42,222 nucleotides of DNA, taken from Chloroflexota bacterium. Its GTDB lineage: Bacteria; Chloroflexota; Anaerolineae; UBA1429. The first letter of the stretch is position 1, and every line of letters begins with the position of its first letter. This document shows, one piece after another, positions 1 to 8,562 of this stretch. A model generated the notes under the pieces. It worked only from the letters and a program-made list of their open reading frames with translations, was not told the DNA's origin and ran no database searches. The position numbers and the translations under genes are program-made. Where the stretch lies: assembly GCA_012515695.1 (NCBI GenBank), contig JAAYXX010000322.1, positions 1 through 42,222 of the forward strand, in the 5' to 3' direction.

Positions 1-169
1 CCGCGGCCCGGTCAATGACCACCTGCCGCACTGCCTCCCAGGCGGCGTGCTTCCGATAGGGCTGGCGATTGCCCCGGCTCACGACGGTCACGTCATAACC
101 GGCTTCTACCAGGCGGGGCACGAGAAACGTCCCAATGTGGCCCGTCCCTCCCAATACGACAGCGCGCAT
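1..169 (-). CDS. NAD(P)-dependent epimerase/dehydratase-family protein, N-terminal fragment (gene runs off window start)
   Basis: Reverse strand from ATG (rc of cat at 167-169) reads MRAVVLGGTGHIGTFLVPRLVEAGYDVTVVSRG..., a GxxGxxG Rossmann N-terminus. AAGGAGG SD (rc of 175-181) lies 5 nt upstream. Confidence 0.6.
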   Translation of the reverse strand, partial: MRAVVLGGTGHIGTFLVPRLVEAGYDVTVVSRGNRQPYRKHAAWEAVRQVVIDRAA

Positions 170-267
170 GTTTGCCTCCTTGAATGTGATCCCTGAACGC
201 CTGAGGATGGTGTGAGATTAGCATAGATGGGCAGGGCATGTCAATGCGGGCGGCCCACGCCCCTATC

Positions 268-297
268 TTGACCAGGCCCCATTGGGCGGGCTAGAAT
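268..297 (+). promoter_or_regulatory. candidate sigma70-type promoter TTGACC-18 nt-TAGAAT
   Basis: TTGACC at 268-273 and TAGAAT at 292-297, in the divergent intergenic region upstream of the URO-D-like gene. The TAGAAT is the first of three tandem copies. Confidence 0.3.
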
Positions 298-364
298 AAG
301 CATGCTTAGAATAAGCACGCTTAGAATAAGCGCACTTGGAACAAGCGCACTTGTAAGCGCACTT
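291..364. repeat. compound tandem repeat: 3x C(T)TAGAATAAGC(A/G)(T/C)(G) followed by 3x AAGCGCACTTG
   Basis: Read directly: ctagaataagcatg / cttagaataagcacg / cttagaataagcgca, overlapping aagcgcacttg at 328-338, 342-352 and 354-364. Confidence 0.85.
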
Positions 365-401
365 GGCATCGACGTCTAGCTCTTTCACCAGGAGGTATGG
401 G

Positions 402-1397
402 ATGATGATGACCAGACGCCAACGCCTGGAAGCGACCTTTCGTGGGGAAGCGGTGGATCGCGTCCCCGTGGCCCTCTGGCGGCACTGGCCCGGCGACGAC
501 CAGCGCGCCCAAGATCAGGCCGCGTCCCATCTAGCGTTTCAGGAACGCTATGATTTCGACTTGATCAAGGTTACGCCTTGCAGTAGCTACTCTGCCGAGG
601 ATTGGGGCGTGACAAGCGCCTACATGGGCAACACCGAAGGCACTCGCGAATATCGGCGGCGGGCCATCGCTGGCCCAGACGATTGGGGGCGCCTGGCCTT
701 GCTGGACCCCGGCCAGGGCGCGCTGGGCCGCCAGTTGGAGTGCTTGCGACTGATCGGCGAGGCCGTGCGCGACGATGTGCCCTTTATCCAGACCATCTTT
801 AACCCCCTGTCTGTCGCCAAGTATCTGGCGGGCGAACAGTTGATGTTGACGCACCTGCGGCGGTATCCGGAGGCGTTGCGCGCAGGGCTAGAGATCATCA
901 CCGAGACGACGGTGCGGTTTGTGCGCGAGGTGATGCGCCTGGGAGTGGCGGGGATTTTCCTGGCTGTGCAGCACGCCCAGTATGGCTTGCTTTCGGAGCA
1001 GGAATATCTCGCCTGGGGCAAGCCCTACGATCTGCGTGTGTTGCAGGCCACTGAAGGGGCCTGGTTCAACCTGCTCCATCTGCATGGCAGCGAGGTGATG
1101 TTTGACGCCTGCGCGGATTATCCTGTGCAGGTAATCAACTGGCACGACCGCGAGACGCCGCCGACTCTGGTTGAGGGGCTGAAGCGATTTCCCGGCGCGG
1201 TATGCGGCGGCCTGCGCCAGTGGGAAACGATTGTGCGCGGCACGCCGGAGGATGTGCGGGCTGAGGCGCTGGACGCCATCCGCCAGACAGCAGGCCGACG
1301 ATTTATTCTGGGGACCGGTTGCGTGACGCCCATCGTCGCGCCCACCTGCAACATCCGCGCCACCCGGCAGGCGGTGGAGGTCGGGCGCGGCGATTGA
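402..1397 (+). CDS. uroporphyrinogen decarboxylase (URO-D / MtaA-CmuA-like) family protein
   Basis: ORF 363..1397 trimmed to the first ATG (402), 6 nt after AGGAGG at 390-395. 332 aa. Overall pattern (RVPVALWRHWPGDD, FIQTIFNPLSVA, NLLHLHG, ILGTGCV) resembles the URO-D fold family. Family-level call by eye only. Confidence 0.7.
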   Translation: MMMTRRQRLEATFRGEAVDRVPVALWRHWPGDDQRAQDQAASHLAFQERYDFDLIKVTPCSSYSAEDWGVTSAYMGNTEGTREYRRRAIAGPDDWGRLALLDPGQGALGRQLECLRLIGEAVRDDVPFIQTIFNPLSVAKYLAGEQLMLTHLRRYPEALRAGLEIITETTVRFVREVMRLGVAGIFLAVQHAQYGLLSEQEYLAWGKPYDLRVLQATEGAWFNLLHLHGSEVMFDACADYPVQVINWHDRETPPTLVEGLKRFPGAVCGGLRQWETIVRGTPEDVRAEALDAIRQTAGRRFILGTGCVTPIVAPTCNIRATRQAVEVGRGD

Positions 1398-1442
1398 CGC
1401 ATTTGGCACGCGGGAAAGGCGCGCCCACGCTGGCGACGCGTT

Positions 1443-1478
1443 GGGGAACGAGGGCGCCATAGACCGCCCTCGTTCCCC
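1443..1478. terminator. bidirectional hairpin between convergent genes
   Basis: Perfect 14-bp stem ggggaacgagggcg (1443-1456) / cgccctcgttcccc (1465-1478) with an 8-nt loop, between the URO-D-like stop (1397) and the aldolase stop (1508). No strong T-tract. Confidence 0.55.
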
Positions 1479-1507
1479 AGCAGGAGAGCGCGAACCAGGG
1501 GGACTAA

Positions 1508-2440
1508 TCAGCTGCTTTCCCCTGCATAGATAGCCATTATCTTGGCCAAGAACTTGATCGCGTCTTCTCTGGGCCGCTGGAACGAGTTGCGGCCAATGAT
1601 CGACCCAAACCCCCCGCCGTCGCGAATGGCGCGCACGTCGTTGAACACGTCCTCGTCGTCTTTGGCAGCGCCTCCAGAAAAGATGACGATGCGCCGCCCA
1701 TTAAACGCGCTCTGCACCACGTGGCGCACCCGCTCTACCAGCGTTTTGACGGGAACCTGGTACTTTTCATAGACCTTGCGGGCCGCGTCCAGTTCGATGA
1801 ACTCGGTCGGCAGTTTGACCTTGATCATGTCCGCCCCCAATTGCGCGGCGATTTGGACTGCATAGGTTACCACGTCAATGGCGGTTTCCCCCTGCTTGCT
1901 GATGCTGCCGCCACGCGGATAGGACCAGACCACCACCGCCAGCCCCGCGTCCTTGGCCTCGCGGATCAGGTCGCACAACTGCTCGTACAGCAGCCGCCGC
2001 TCCGCCGTGCCGGGATAGATGGTATAGCCGATTGCCACACATCCCAGGCGCAAGGCATCCTTTACCCCGGCAGTCAGCGCGGGCATCGGCTCGGTGTCCT
2101 CGTGGAGCACGTCATGGTTGTTCGCCTTGAGGATCAGCGGGATCTGCCAGGCATAGTCGGCAGCGCCCGCCTCCAAAAAGCCCAGCGGGGCCGCGTAGGC
2201 GTTACAACCCGTCTCAATAGCCAGTTGAAAGTGATACAGCGGGTCATAAGCCGGGGGATTGGGGGCAAACGCGCGCGCCGGGCCATGCTCAAAGCCCTGA
2301 TCCACGGGCAAGATCACGATTTTCCCTGTGCCGCCCAGCCGCCCATGATTCAGGATGCGCGCCAGATTGGTCACTATCCCTGGGTTCTCACTGCGATACC
2401 AACTCAGGATTTCCCTTACACGGTCACTCATGTGAGCCAC
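1508..2440 (-). CDS. fbaB: class I fructose-bisphosphate aldolase (DhnA/FbaB type)
   Basis: 310 aa. GRLGGTGKIVILPVDQGFEHGP closely parallels E. coli FbaB [21 protein letters not shown]. Has the IKVKLP Schiff-base lysine region. AAGGAGG SD lies 8 nt upstream of the ATG at 2440. Confidence 0.8.
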   Translation of the reverse strand: MAHMSDRVREILSWYRSENPGIVTNLARILNHGRLGGTGKIVILPVDQGFEHGPARAFAPNPPAYDPLYHFQLAIETGCNAYAAPLGFLEAGAADYAWQIPLILKANNHDVLHEDTEPMPALTAGVKDALRLGCVAIGYTIYPGTAERRLLYEQLCDLIREAKDAGLAVVVWSYPRGGSISKQGETAIDVVTYAVQIAAQLGADMIKVKLPTEFIELDAARKVYEKYQVPVKTLVERVRHVVQSAFNGRRIVIFSGGAAKDDEDVFNDVRAIRDGGGFGSIIGRNSFQRPREDAIKFLAKIMAIYAGESS

Positions 2441-2689
2441 CTCCTTATTCCCGGCCTGCCGTTGGCGACAGAGCCGGATGACAACCAGCGGGCTACTGTC
2501 GCGGCCTGGCCGCTACAGCGCCCGATATACGCGAACCAAACAGGGCGAAACGTCAAGGGCATAGGGAGAGCAAAAGGCGAGGAGGAGCGCGGAAGAGATC
2601 GAGGGTATCGCAGGCATGATAAACCGAAAAGATCGGTTGATGCAAGTGTGGCGCAGTCGCGCAACCTGCGGCGGCCTGCTGCCGAAGGG

Positions 2690-3750
2690 TCAGCCGTCAA
2701 TCTGCTTATGGTTGCCGTTCTGGCCGTTCAGCCGGTTCAAGTAGGGGACCAGCAAAAAGCCCAAAATGGTGGGAATCCAGAAGGTGAGGAATCGATAGAT
2801 CAGGACGACGATGATAGTGACCGGGCTGGGCACGCCCAACCCGGTATACAAGGCGGTCATCGTGGCCTCCACGATCCCTACGCCGCCGGGGAGAAAGCTG
2901 ACCTTGCCCAGCAGCAGCGGCAAGCCATAGCCGGTCAGCAGCACGTCGAGCCGCACGGGGAACCGGGCGCCCAAAAAGATGAAATAGAGCGTTACGATGT
3001 CCAGGCCGAGGTCCAGGGCCTTGGCCCAAACGGGGCCGCGCCAGCCTCCGCCCCGCAGCAGCTTCCAGGTATCGAGGAATTGCTGCACGTTGTTGCGGGT
3101 CGCTTCCTCGTCATGCGGCCTGCGTAGCAGCCTGTCCCATCCGCCAGACACCTTTTGAGCCAGGGCCATCGTCTGGTCGCGACGGACTACGCTCCAGACG
3201 ACAGCGGCCACCGTCAGCAAAAGCGTTAGCAAGACCAACGAAAAGCCGATGATCTGCAAAGCGGTCAGCGTCCCCGTTGCCAGCAGGCGGGCCAGGCTGA
3301 TGATCGCCAGCCCGATCACCATAGCGTTCTCAAGCTGGATGGGCAGCCAACTCGCCAGCAGCGCCCCGTTGCCGTCTATGTGATACCGACGCAGCCAGCG
3401 ATACGTGGCCGCAATGACGCCGACGATGCCCCCGGCCACCAGTCCGATGCTGCCCGAAGCCATCGGGATCAGGGTGGCTGGCACCAGCGGCACGCTCTTG
3501 CCGGTCATACGCACGATAATCCGCAGCAGGATTCCGCCAGCAATATAGCTCCCGATCTGCCCGGCAATCGCCAAACCGACGGCCCACCAGAGCATGCTTT
3601 GAAGCACCTGAAGCGAATATCTCAGGTTCCCCAGTTGCGGCAGAATCAAATTAACAGCCAGGCCACCCAGAATCAGCATGAGGAGATAGCGCGCCAGACG
3701 TAACACCAGGGGCGGGATATGACTGTTATTCGGTTGCTTTTCGTCGGACA
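2690..3750 (-). CDS. polytopic membrane protein, UPF0104 / lysyl-PG-synthase-TM (flippase-like) family
   Basis: ORF 2690..4006 trimmed to ATG 3750 (MSDEKQPNN...), because the upstream part overlaps the DUF362 gene. About 8 hydrophobic spans. The C-terminal FLPGGVGIVEATMTALY...IYRFLTFWIP pattern is typical of the family. Start is uncertain (no clear SD). Confidence 0.6.
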
Positions 3751-3771
3751 TCCAGTTATTCCAAAAGGTTG

Positions 3772-5007
3772 TTAGGTGGCCTGGTTCCCCATGAACAAGC
3801 GCCCCAGCCAGGGCCGCTTTAGCTCCACGGCCAGTTCGGGGCAGAGTTCGTGGCAGCAATAGCAGCGAATACACTTGTTCGTGTCCATGTGGGCCAGACC
3901 GTCCACCACCTGGATGGCGCCCACGGGGCAATGCTTGACGCAGTAACCACAGCCGATACACTTTTTCCCCGCTTTCGGGGCCATGACCAGTTGATGTCCC
4001 AACCAATCGCGGGCCATGCGGGGCAGCGAATGGTGGCCGTTGGACTGGCCGTTCTCCCGACCAGAACCGGTTAGCAGGCGAAGCAGCGCCATTGGCAGCA
4101 GGCCCGGATCAACGGCGCTGGCCGCGCCCCGCCGAAAGCCGGGCACGCGCAACTCGGCCAGGGGATCGCCCAGCAACACAATGTCCTCCAGCCTGCCGGT
4201 GGTCAGGCCGCGTTGCGCGGCTGCCCGCGTTGTTGGCACGTCCAGCGGGGGAATGTCCACCAGCGCGGCGGCGGCCACGTCTACCGCGAGCGCATCTGCC
4301 CCGGCCAGCAGCGCCCCTATCGGGCGCGGATCGCCACCAGAGGGGCCGTTGCCCTCCATGCCCACCACGGCGTCTACGATGTGCAGCGCGGGCTTGACGT
4401 AGGTGAGCAGGTCAATCAGCCCTTCACAAAAGCGCCAGTTCTCTTGCAACTTGGCGTGATAGCCGATCTTGACCGAGCCGGGCACCAGCCCAAACAGGTT
4501 TTTGACTGCCACGGTGAGCGTGGTCAGGTTGTGCGTCTTGAGCTTGGGCAGGTTGATGACCACGTCCGCGTCTAGCAGCGCCTGAATGATGTCCAGGCGG
4601 CGCAACGTCAACCCCTCGGCGTAAGACACCTGGGTAGACTCGGCGTTATAGTTCAATTCTGCCTCGCCCCACGCGGCGGCCTGGTCCATGCCAGTCTTGC
4701 GGTAGGTCAGGCGCAGGATAGCAGCGGAATATGGCCCGCCGGGGGAATCGGCGATGATCGGGTGCCCTCCGGCCTCGCGCACCAGCCGGGCCACGGCGGC
4801 TACCACAGCCGGGTGGGTAGTCACCGCACGGTCGGGCGACATGGCCCGCACGAGGTTGGGCTTGAGCAGCACCCGCTGGCCGGGCTGCACAAACGCACCC
4901 ATGCCGCCCAACAGGTCCAGGCAGCGACGCGTGGCGCGCTCTACAGCTTCCCGGTCATAGTCGGCGCAGCGAACCAGCCCTACTCGCCTATCTGTCTCTT
5001 CGCTCAT
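3772..5007 (-). CDS. DUF362 domain protein with C-terminal 2x[4Fe-4S] ferredoxin motifs
   Basis: 411 aa. N-terminal RVLLKPNLV... DUF362-like core. Two CxxCxxCxxxCP motifs near the C-terminus (CIGCGYCVKHCP, CIRCYCCHELCP). GGGAG SD after the parB-like stop and a 15-nt gap suggest translational coupling. Confidence 0.8.
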   Translation of the reverse strand: MSEETDRRVGLVRCADYDREAVERATRRCLDLLGGMGAFVQPGQRVLLKPNLVRAMSPDRAVTTHPAVVAAVARLVREAGGHPIIADSPGGPYSAAILRLTYRKTGMDQAAAWGEAELNYNAESTQVSYAEGLTLRRLDIIQALLDADVVINLPKLKTHNLTTLTVAVKNLFGLVPGSVKIGYHAKLQENWRFCEGLIDLLTYVKPALHIVDAVVGMEGNGPSGGDPRPIGALLAGADALAVDVAAAALVDIPPLDVPTTRAAAQRGLTTGRLEDIVLLGDPLAELRVPGFRRGAASAVDPGLLPMALLRLLTGSGRENGQSNGHHSLPRMARDWLGHQLVMAPKAGKKCIGCGYCVKHCPVGAIQVVDGLAHMDTNKCIRCYCCHELCPELAVELKRPWLGRLFMGNQAT

Positions 5008-5022
5008 GCTCCCTGGCCCCGC

Positions 5023-6114
5023 CTAGTTGCTCGACCCAGGCGTTTGGGCCAGGGGAGAAAGCGCGTCCATCAAAAAGCGCAACTGGCGAATCGCCATACG
5101 CACTTTGAGGGGGGCTGCTTCATCTTCTTCTATGAGGCGCTGAAAATCTCCCTCTTGCACGCAGCGGGCCAGCCGGTCCAACTCGTCCATGAACGAATCC
5201 AGGGAGTGCAGCTTGCGTACGCGGTTGCCGTCGCGGGTGGTGGGTTCCAGCCGCTCAAATTGAACGAAATCCTCTTCTTGAGGCGACGTGCCCCGCTGCG
5301 CGTTGGGGCGCGCGCCCTCTTCCTGCGGGTCGTCCTCATCCCAAGGCGCATCTCCGGCGGCTCCGTCGGTGTCTGTGGGCATGGGGGTGGGCGTCAGGCG
5401 GGTAATGGTTCCTTCGGGCTTGCTCTCCACTACTGGGATGCGCTCCCCGCGTCGTAGAGCTTCCAGCGCCACGCGGGGGTCAATGTTGATGTTGCGTTGT
5501 AGCGCCGAGCAGAGCCGCGACAGTTCTGCCGCCGAGAGGCTTTCCTCGACGACCAGGTTGGCAATGGCTTCTTGCCGCTCGGATGGGGCAATGTCCACCA
5601 GATGTTGGGCATGGGTGACGCCCAACTCGCCCTCGGCGATGAGCCGTTGCACGCCAGGGGCCAACTGCGTCAGGCGCAGGTAACGCTGAATCTGCCGGAC
5701 GGACAGGCCCAGCGTGCGGGCCATCTCGTCCAGGGCCTCGCCCTGGGTCATGCCGCCGGCGGTCATGCGGGCCAATAGCTCTTTGAACGCCCGGCTTTTG
5801 TCGGCGTCGTTCAGGTCGAGGCGTTGCAGGTTCTCCAACACCTGCTGCACCATAACGTCCTCCTGGCGGACGTCGTCCAGCTCCAGGCAGGGCACGCGAT
5901 CCAGGCCCACGACAATGGCCGCGTCTCGGCGTCGGTTGCCATAGACAATGCGGTAGGTATCCCCGTCCCGCTGGACGCCCAGGGGTTGTAGGATGCCATG
6001 CTCGCGGATTGTCTCGGCCAGCCCGGCCAGGTCGCCGGGGTCCGAGCGCACGTTTTCCCGGCTGGGCAAAAGATCGCGGGGATTCAAGTATAGGATTCGT
6101 CGCTCGTTAAGCAT
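5023..6114 (-). CDS. ParB/Srx-superfamily protein with HTH (orphan ParB-like, no parA in window)
   Basis: ORF 5023..6252 trimmed to ATG 6114 (MLNERRILYLNPRDLLPS...). ParB N-domain pattern HGILQPL and arginine patch YGNRRRDAA (canonical GERRxRA), then HTH LGLSVRQIQRYLRL, an acidic Pro/Asp/Glu-rich linker and a helical C-terminus. Confidence 0.7.
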   Translation of the reverse strand: MLNERRILYLNPRDLLPSRENVRSDPGDLAGLAETIREHGILQPLGVQRDGDTYRIVYGNRRRDAAIVVGLDRVPCLELDDVRQEDVMVQQVLENLQRLDLNDADKSRAFKELLARMTAGGMTQGEALDEMARTLGLSVRQIQRYLRLTQLAPGVQRLIAEGELGVTHAQHLVDIAPSERQEAIANLVVEESLSAAELSRLCSALQRNINIDPRVALEALRRGERIPVVESKPEGTITRLTPTPMPTDTDGAAGDAPWDEDDPQEEGARPNAQRGTSPQEEDFVQFERLEPTTRDGNRVRKLHSLDSFMDELDRLARCVQEGDFQRLIEEDEAAPLKVRMAIRQLRFLMDALSPLAQTPGSSN

Positions 6115-6203
6115 TGGTTGCTTTCCTTCTCTTCTGACGTAGCAGATATGGGAACACCTGCCCCTATAATACGCAGCAGCGGCCAAAGGGCAAAATCCAT
6201 TAT

Positions 6204-6217
6204 AGAACGAATGTTCG
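6204..6217. promoter_or_regulatory. candidate LexA (Gram-positive/Cheo-type) SOS box AGAAC-GAAT-GTTCG
   Basis: GAAC-N4-GTTC palindrome read directly. On the minus strand it abuts a TATAAT (rc of 6199-6204) located 85 nt upstream of the parB-like start codon. Confidence 0.4.
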
Positions 6218-6232
6218 TATGGGGGCGGCGTG

Positions 6233-6333
6233 GGCGGTTGAAACCGCGGCAACCATTGCCAAGTCGCCCTTCGGCGACTGCGGATCAGCCTGCGAAGGCA
6301 GGCTTTGCAAACGTTGCCGCGGTTTCAACCGCC
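6233..6333. repeat. 101-nt palindromic structured element (21-bp perfect terminal inverted repeat enclosing two hairpins)
   Basis: ggcggttgaaaccgcggcaac (6233-6253) is the exact reverse complement of gttgccgcggtttcaaccgcc (6313-6333). The interior holds two hairpins: gtcgcc-cttc-ggcgac and agcctgc-gaag-gcaggct. Confidence 0.85.
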
Positions 6334-6409
6334 TACGCGCTTGCCGTCGGTTTCTCGTTTTGTGAGAAGTAGGGTATCATGATAGCATATCACTTGTCCG
6401 GGTTTTGTC

Positions 6410-6877
6410 GTGGACCCATTCTCTCACATCGCGCTTACCAGCCTGATCAACCGCCAACCCAAGGTCCTGCTCTACGGTCTCTTGCCGGACCTACCCTGGT
6501 ATTTGCTCTACCCCGTTTGGCTTTGGCGGCAGCGGGTAAACATTCGCTCGGCGCTCCGTGAGGGAGCCTGGCCCTTGCCGCCGTCCTGGATACGCCAGTG
6601 CCACTATGCCGCACACAGCCTCGTGGCGCTGCTCCTGGTGGCGATCCTCTGCAAGCCGAGAGCCAGAGGCGATAGGCGGTGGGCTATCGCCTGGCTGCTG
6701 CACCTGCTGGTGGATGTTCCCACACATGCGCGTGACCGCATGGCTCCGCGCCTCTTTTGGCCTTTTTCCGATTGGGCGTTCGATGGTTTGTCTTGGGCGG
6801 ACAGCCTTGCCAGTTGGCTGAGCGCGCGCTGGCGCAAACGATCCTGTACACGACGTACCACCCGGCCACCTTGTTAG
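6410..6877 (+). CDS. YdjM/DUF457-like membrane-bound metal-dependent hydrolase
   Basis: 155 aa from GTG. The N-terminus (V)DPFSHIALTSL and later HLLVDVPTH are typical of the His-rich YdjM family. Hydrophobic spans present. Confidence 0.55.
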   Translation: MDPFSHIALTSLINRQPKVLLYGLLPDLPWYLLYPVWLWRQRVNIRSALREGAWPLPPSWIRQCHYAAHSLVALLLVAILCKPRARGDRRWAIAWLLHLLVDVPTHARDRMAPRLFWPFSDWAFDGLSWADSLASWLSARWRKRSCTRRTTRPPC

Positions 6878-6886
6878 GAGCGATTC

Positions 6887-7774
6887 ATGGCCCTTGGAAT
6901 CATCTTTGCCTTCGCGCAGGCTTTTGCCTGGTCGTGTACCAGCCTCGTTCTGCGCAACCTGTCTACGCGCCTCGACCCGTTTGTCGTTAACGGGGTGCGG
7001 GCCGTCTTTGGGCTGATCGTACTCGTCCCGATTCTGCTGTTGACCGCCAACCTGCAAGAGTTTGCGCTGCTAACCCCCAATTCCCTGGTTTATCTGATCG
7101 GGTCGGTGGTGCTGGGCGGGGTGTTTGGCGATGCGTTGTATGTGATGAGCCTCAAATCGCTGGGGGTGGGTGTGGCCTTTCCCATCAGCAACAGCTTTCC
7201 TCTGTTCACGGTGATCTTTTCCGCGCTGTTGCTGGGGACGACCATCGAATGGCCGACCATCGTGGGCATGGTGTTGATTATGGCCGGGGTCTATTTTGTA
7301 GCGCGGCCACAGGGATCGGTGGAGCAAGGTGCCTCTGCCACCCCAAAACGCCAGTTGATCCTGGGCGTACTGACCGCGTTGGCGGCGGCTGTCCTGTGGG
7401 GGCTGAACACGGTGGTGATGTCTATGGGGATAGAGGGCGTGAACGGGGCCATTGCCAACGCCGTCCGCATGCCCGCCGTGATTCTGATTTCCTTTGTGGC
7501 GGCGGCGTGGCGCGGGCAAATGGGGAGCGTGCGGCATATTGACCGGCGCACGCTGCGCCTGTTGATTATCGCCGGTATCCTGGGGTGGGGGTTCAGTGCC
7601 TACTTTTGGGTGATGGCGGTGCAACTGGCCGGGCCGAGCAAGACCTCTATCATCAGCGCCACCGCGCCCCTGTTCGCCGTCCCCTTGAGCGCCATTCTGC
7701 TGCACGAGCGGCCCACCCGCTACACCTGGATCGGCACGGCGCTGACGACCTTGGGTGTATTGTTCGTCGTCTAG
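6887..7774 (+). CDS. EamA/DMT-family transporter
   Basis: 295 aa, about 10 TM helices in two similar halves, Gly-rich helix ends typical of EamA repeats. Confidence 0.8.
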   Translation: MALGIIFAFAQAFAWSCTSLVLRNLSTRLDPFVVNGVRAVFGLIVLVPILLLTANLQEFALLTPNSLVYLIGSVVLGGVFGDALYVMSLKSLGVGVAFPISNSFPLFTVIFSALLLGTTIEWPTIVGMVLIMAGVYFVARPQGSVEQGASATPKRQLILGVLTALAAAVLWGLNTVVMSMGIEGVNGAIANAVRMPAVILISFVAAAWRGQMGSVRHIDRRTLRLLIIAGILGWGFSAYFWVMAVQLAGPSKTSIISATAPLFAVPLSAILLHERPTRYTWIGTALTTLGVLFVV

Positions 7775-7782
7775 ACGCGAAA

Positions 7783-7819
7783 AACGGGGACAGTGCTACA
7801 GATGAACACTGTCCCCGTT
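7783..7819. terminator. bidirectional hairpin terminator
   Basis: 13-bp perfect stem aacggggacagtg (7783-7795) / cactgtccccgtt (7807-7819) between the convergent EamA and RraA-like genes. Confidence 0.65.
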
Positions 7820-7839
7820 GTGTGTCAATCCATCAGAGG

Positions 7840-8562
7840 TTAGGCGCGGCCCCACTTTTTGTAGGCTTCGTCAAAAGTCATGCCTGCGGCCATGTCGACG
7901 CGCATACCTTCCTCAGCCTCTTCTACTTCTTCGGCTTTGATCAGGGCTTCCATCGAAATCTCTTCGGGGACGACGATCACGCCATCCGCCTCGGCGATAA
8001 TCCAGTCGCCCGGGTTAACGCGCACCTGGCTGGTCAGCGTGCCGGGCATGGCAATGGGCACGTTGGTATCGAGGATGCGCCAACGCTTGTACGATTCGAT
8101 GGGGGTGGTTCCCTTGACGCACGCTACATAGTCGGGGATCACCACCAGGCCGAGATAGTCTCGGATCAAGCTGTCAATGACGATACCCTTGGCCCCCCGC
8201 TGCTTCAGGTTCCAACTGGTCATTTCGCCAAACTTGCCTGATACCGGCTCGCCGCCGGTTTCGACCACGACGACAGACCCTGGGTAGACCAGTTCGTTCA
8301 CGTCGACAAAGGAGGCGGTGCTTTTGTCCATCCCCGTCTCCTTGGCGGCCTTGTCATCGTCGTGGGTGCGCGGGTCGCGGCCGCCGCGCACGGTGATGGC
8401 CTTGCCCGCCATGCGCTGATTGGGCAGCAGCGGCTTGATGCTCAAGTCGAGTACCTGATCGCCATAGCCCATTTTGTCCAGCGTGTCATAGATATTTGCG
8501 ACGCGAATTTTGCTCCATCGTGCCTGCAACTCGAGTACTGTGAAATCCTTTTTCTCTGACAT
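7840..8562 (-). CDS. RraA-family protein (RraA / 4-hydroxy-4-methyl-2-oxoglutarate aldolase-like)
   Basis: ORF 7840..8649 trimmed to ATG 8562 (MSEKKDFTVLE...), 11 nt after AAGGAG. GSVVVVETGGE...GEMTSWNLKQRGAKGIVIDSLIRD matches the RraA-family pattern. Confidence 0.7.
   Translation of the reverse strand: MSEKKDFTVLELQARWSKIRVANIYDTLDKMGYGDQVLDLSIKPLLPNQRMAGKAITVRGGRDPRTHDDDKAAKETGMDKSTASFVDVNELVYPGSVVVVETGGEPVSGKFGEMTSWNLKQRGAKGIVIDSLIRDYLGLVVIPDYVACVKGTTPIESYKRWRILDTNVPIAMPGTLTSQVRVNPGDWIIAEADGVIVVPEEISMEALIKAEEVEEAEEGMRVDMAAGMTFDEAYKKWGRA

Noticed and set aside
1721-3127. 468-aa plus-strand ORF spanning the aldolase and membrane-protein genes
   Set aside because: It lies antisense to two well-supported genes and crosses their intergenic spacer. 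Its composition is Arg/Gly/Gln-rich with no domain signature.
6233-6333. Reading the TGAAAC / GTTTCA half-sites in the 21-bp arms as a parS site for the adjacent ParB-like protein
   Set aside because: Canonical parS is a contiguous 16-bp palindrome (TGTTTCAC-GTGAAACA). Here the half-sites are 60 nt or more apart and embedded in a different sequence. I kept it only as a structured repeat.
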